In this document: positions 28,810-32,000 of the stretch, in pieces
Layout of the letters: each line of letters starts with the position of its first letter
Position numbering within the stretch: the stretch's first letter is position 1
Assembly: GCF_000025945.1 (NCBI RefSeq)
Contig: NC_006138.1
Span: 180,001-212,000, forward strand
Length of the DNA stretch: 32,000 nt
Reading direction: 5' to 3'
Source of the DNA: Desulfotalea psychrophila LSv54
GTDB taxonomy: Bacteria; Desulfobacterota; Desulfobulbia; Desulfobulbales; Desulfocapsaceae
Program-made: the position numbers and the translations under genes
The notes under the pieces: generated by a model
The model's database searches: none
Told to the model about the DNA's origin: nothing
Seen by the model: the letters and a program-made list of their open reading frames with translations, nothing else

Positions 28810-29907
28810 ATGAATCAACTCCCGCCACAACAGTCAGACGGAAAGCCCCTTCCCGGCCCCATGCGTATCAAGTATTTTTTGTTGGTCTTTGCCATAGCCT
28901 TCTTCTTTTTGGGCAGAATTCTATGGCCATTCTGGTCCATCCTTGTCCTCTCCTTCCTTCTGGTAAATATATTCCAGCCCGTATATCTTTTTCTAAGTAA
29001 ACAGCTACCCAGATCCGTTGCCTCCGGCCTCACCTGCCTGATGATTATCGCCTTGGTCTTTTTTCCACTCCTTTTTTTTACAGGAGCACTCACCGGCGAG
29101 GCGCTCTCCTTCTACAACTGGGTTCGAGACAGCCAAGTATGGATGCGCTTTCAGGACTTTATTCAACAGAGCCAATTTATCACCAGGATGCAGGCACCAC
29201 TGAAGGATTTCGGCATTGATTTCCAACCTGCCCAAATAACGGCCAGCCTGGCCTATTTTGCCAAGGCAGGTGGCCTTTTCCTCTACGACCAGGCCTCATC
29301 CTGGGCAGCTAATATCCTCCAGTCCGTCGCCCTCTTCTTCATCATGATCCTGGTTATATTCTTTCTCTTTATGGATCTACTAAGGCTCAAAGAGTTTCTC
29401 TTCAAACTCTCACCCCTGCCAGAAGATGAGAACAGACTACTGGTAAAAAAGTTTGAAGAAATTGCCAACGCAATCCTCAAGGGCAGTGGCATCTGTGGAA
29501 TTATTCAGGGCATCATAGGCGGAGTGCTGTTTTCAATAATGCACCTCCCCTCGCCAATACTCTGGGGTTGCATCATGTCGGTACTGGCCTTTCTCCCCAT
29601 CTTTGGTATTGGCCTGGTTATGCTACCCGCCGCCCTGGCCCTGGCCATCGATGGCCAGACGGCAACGGCCAGTAGCCTTGTCATTTCCTACTTGGTCCTC
29701 TCCCTCGGCATGGAATATCTGATAAAACCTAAGCTCGTGGGCTCACAGGTAGAGATGCACACCCTCTTGGTCTTTCTTTCCATTATTGGCGGCATATCCG
29801 TTTATGGTATTTTAGGCATCATCTACGGACCACTTATCATCACAGCATTCCTTACATTATCAAATATATACCTCAGGCGTTACGACCAATATGTACAGAT
29901 AATGTAA
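28810..29907 (+). CDS. AI-2E family (PerM-like) transporter
   Basis: 8-TM-like hydrophobic profile with GIIQGIIGGVLFSIMHLPSPILWGCIMSVLAFLPIFGIGLVMLPAA and LVGSQVEMHTLLVFLSIIGGISVYGILGIIYGPLIITAFLTL. Confidence 0.88.
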   Translation: MNQLPPQQSDGKPLPGPMRIKYFLLVFAIAFFFLGRILWPFWSILVLSFLLVNIFQPVYLFLSKQLPRSVASGLTCLMIIALVFFPLLFFTGALTGEALSFYNWVRDSQVWMRFQDFIQQSQFITRMQAPLKDFGIDFQPAQITASLAYFAKAGGLFLYDQASSWAANILQSVALFFIMILVIFFLFMDLLRLKEFLFKLSPLPEDENRLLVKKFEEIANAILKGSGICGIIQGIIGGVLFSIMHLPSPILWGCIMSVLAFLPIFGIGLVMLPAALALAIDGQTATASSLVISYLVLSLGMEYLIKPKLVGSQVEMHTLLVFLSIIGGISVYGILGIIYGPLIITAFLTLSNIYLRRYDQYVQIM

Positions 29908-29985
29908 GTGAGGGGAGAGGGGGGCTGAAAAAAGTTTACCAGAGCAGTAACAACGATAACCAGATAGAGATTAAAAGGAGATAGT

Positions 29986-30561
29986 ATGCCCAAAATTCAA
30001 GGAACCCGGACCGAACAAAATCTACTCAAATCCTTTGCCGGTGAAAGCCAGGCAAGAAATCGCTACACCTACTTTGCCAGTATCGCTCGCAAGGAAGGCT
30101 ATGTACAGATTGGTGACATCTTTGAAGAGACATCCAATCAAGAAAAAGAACATGCCAAACGTTTTTTTAAATTTCTAGAGGGTGGCAATGTAGAGATAAC
30201 GGCAAGCTTCCCTGCCGGAAGACTCGGTAACACCTCCGATAACCTTCTGGCAGCAGCAGAGGGTGAATTCGAAGAGCACTCCTCCCTCTATCCCGGCTTT
30301 GCCAAAATCGCCAGTGAAGAGGGCTTTGAAGAGATTGCCGCAGCCTGGTTGGCCATCTCCGTTGCTGAAAAACAACATGAGAAACGCTACCGTGACCTAT
30401 TGGCCAACATCAAGAGCAGCCAGGTCTTTGAACGAGCCACGGAGCAAAGCTGGCGCTGCCGTAACTGTGGCTATATCCACCATGGAACCCAAGCCCCTGA
30501 ACTCTGTGCAGCCTGCCTTCACCCCAAGGCCCACTTTGAAATACTAGGCGAAAACTGGTAG
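29986..30561 (+). CDS. Rubrerythrin
   Basis: FAGESQARNRYTYFASIARKEGYVQIGDIFEETSNQEKEHAKRFFKFL ... W RCRNCGYIHHGTQAPELCAACLHPKAHFEIL (rubredoxin-like CxxC...CxxC). Confidence 0.95.
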   Translation: MPKIQGTRTEQNLLKSFAGESQARNRYTYFASIARKEGYVQIGDIFEETSNQEKEHAKRFFKFLEGGNVEITASFPAGRLGNTSDNLLAAAEGEFEEHSSLYPGFAKIASEEGFEEIAAAWLAISVAEKQHEKRYRDLLANIKSSQVFERATEQSWRCRNCGYIHHGTQAPELCAACLHPKAHFEILGENW

Positions 30562-30583
30562 GTTCAGCTAAACACAGCCACAA

Positions 30584-30612
30584 GGACCGGGGAGACGAAA
30601 ATCCCCGGTCCA
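30584..30612. terminator. Perfect 10-bp stem hairpin between convergent genes
   Basis: GGACCGGGGA-gacgaaaaa-TCCCCGGTCC. Confidence 0.55.
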
Positions 30613-30649
30613 CCCCTTTCAGACCTACCCCAGCCCGACCCTAAAAAGC

Positions 30650-31444
30650 CTACTCAACCATGACCTGAAGCTCGACCAAAAACTCCTGCTCATCTGCCAC
30701 GGCAAAGGCCCCCAGTAACATCTTTTCAAGGCAGGGACCAATCGCCCGCAGCCCAAACTTATCCAAATACGCATAGAGCTGTAGCCAGGATGCTGGCAAC
30801 TCGCCATAGGGACCCTTATGATAAAGATAGGCATAGTTCCCCCCGGGCATAGATTCTGCTGCCCTCCCAGGCCTAGGCACCTCCACCGCCACCCCCTTAA
30901 ATAGCTCAACCTCATCCTTCGGCTCGACAAAGATCAACAGGTCATTTATCTCCAATTTCTGGTCGGGCAGGGAGGCGTTGATGAGCTTCTTGATGGCCAC
31001 CTCCAAGGAGTAAAGGTCAAAGGGAGGTAAAACTGGCTCAGCTACAATATGCCTCTTCGGCAAGACCTTGACCCCCATTTCAAAGGGGATCAAGGCATTA
31101 TTTGCCCTCATCGACTCTATTATTGCCTTAAGATGCCTGTCGGTCTGCCTAAGTTGTTCCATCTTCTCCTGAATAAGCTGTTCCTGCCCCTCCAGCTTCT
31201 CCATACGCTCCTCAATAGAGGAGGTGTCCAGATAGTCCTTAATCTCCTTGAGGGAGATACCCAGATTTTTCAGATAGAGAACCAGCTCCAGCTCCTCAAA
31301 TTGATCCAGGGTATAGTACCTGTAGCCGCTGAGCCTGCACTTCTCCCTTGGCTGCAAGAGGTTGATCTTATCGTAATAGAGCAGGGTCTGCTTAGAAATA
31401 CCATGCAGGCGCGCCATCTCCCCTGCCATAAATCTTATCTCCAT
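30650..31444 (-). CDS. MerR family transcriptional regulator with GyrI-like effector-binding domain
   Basis: MEIRFMAGEMARLHGISKQTLLYYDKINLLQPREKCRLSGYRYYTLDQFEELELVLYLKNLGISLKEIKDYL; C-terminal half resembles the GyrI/AraC effector fold. Confidence 0.88.
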   Translation of the reverse strand: MEIRFMAGEMARLHGISKQTLLYYDKINLLQPREKCRLSGYRYYTLDQFEELELVLYLKNLGISLKEIKDYLDTSSIEERMEKLEGQEQLIQEKMEQLRQTDRHLKAIIESMRANNALIPFEMGVKVLPKRHIVAEPVLPPFDLYSLEVAIKKLINASLPDQKLEINDLLIFVEPKDEVELFKGVAVEVPRPGRAAESMPGGNYAYLYHKGPYGELPASWLQLYAYLDKFGLRAIGPCLEKMLLGAFAVADEQEFLVELQVMVE

Positions 31445-31540
31445 TGTTCCTCCACAATTGTCTTGACCATATAGTTACTATATACCGTATAAGGGTGTCT
31501 CATCAGCAGGGCAACCTTTATCCGCATAGGGGAATTTTTA

Positions 31541-32000
31541 ATGAACAGCTTCTTCAGTCGACCATGGTCGAAATTTGATTTTATAAAATTTGTCACACCA
31601 TCAATCCTCAGTTTAGTCTCCATCTCCCTCTATATGGCGGTGGACGCTATTTTTATCTCCCGCTTCATCGGCACCCTGGCCATGGCAGCGGTGAACATCA
31701 TCATGCCGCTCTTCAGCATTTCCATAGGAATAGGGGTGATGGTAGCCACGGGAGCCAGCGCCACCATTGGCATAGAACTCGGCCAGGGGAAACGTGACAG
31801 AGCCAACGCTCACTTCTCTTTTGTATTTTGTTTTCTCTTCCTTGTTTTCATAGGCCTGATTATCTCTCAATGGGCCATTGGCCCGGAAAGACTGGCGCTC
31901 TGGCTCGGGGCGAGCAAGCTGCTACTGCCATACTGTGTCCAGTATCTCAACATCTTTCTCTTTGGAATCAGCGCCCTTGTTCTGCAGATGTTTTTCGAGT
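31541..32000 (+). CDS. MATE family multidrug efflux protein, N-terminal part (runs off the window)
   Basis: MNSFFSRPWSKFDFIKFVTPSILSLVSISLYMAVDAIFISRFIGTLAMAAVNIIMPLFSISIGIGVMVATGASATIGIELGQGKRD. Confidence 0.85.
   Translation, partial: MNSFFSRPWSKFDFIKFVTPSILSLVSISLYMAVDAIFISRFIGTLAMAAVNIIMPLFSISIGIGVMVATGASATIGIELGQGKRDRANAHFSFVFCFLFLVFIGLIISQWAIGPERLALWLGASKLLLPYCVQYLNIFLFGISALVLQMFFE

Overview
The flanking sequence looks like a Desulfobulbaceae-type (Desulfotalea-like) chromosome. That taxonomic guess comes from gene content only. Core genes visible are a truncated MCP, a SulP transporter, tag, a queD-queE-queC-queF cluster, a DsrC/TusE-like gene, two tandem PilZ genes, a MazG-like gene, groES-groEL, ilvE, an AI-2E family permease, rubrerythrin, a MerR regulator and a truncated MATE gene. 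The main accessory feature is a ~13 kb integrative element (about 11884-24924), bounded by a 52-bp direct repeat of the 3' part of a tRNA-Met(CAT) gene. It carries a P4-type tyrosine integrase, an HTH protein, a two-gene primase/D5-helicase module with candidate ori iterons, an IS5-like transposase remnant, a 14-repeat CRISPR array and a minus-strand csb1-csb2-cas3-csb3 operon (type I-G, formerly I-U, the 'Dpsyc/GSU' gene set). No cas1, cas2 or cas4 is visible, and csb1 shows several apparent frameshifts. A second copy of the element's right-end sequence lies just left of the element, suggesting tandem or older integration at the same tRNA. groEL also has an apparent single-base frameshift, so base-level sequence error must be excluded before calling any pseudogene real. 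Coordinates may be off by 1-2 nt where I counted by hand.
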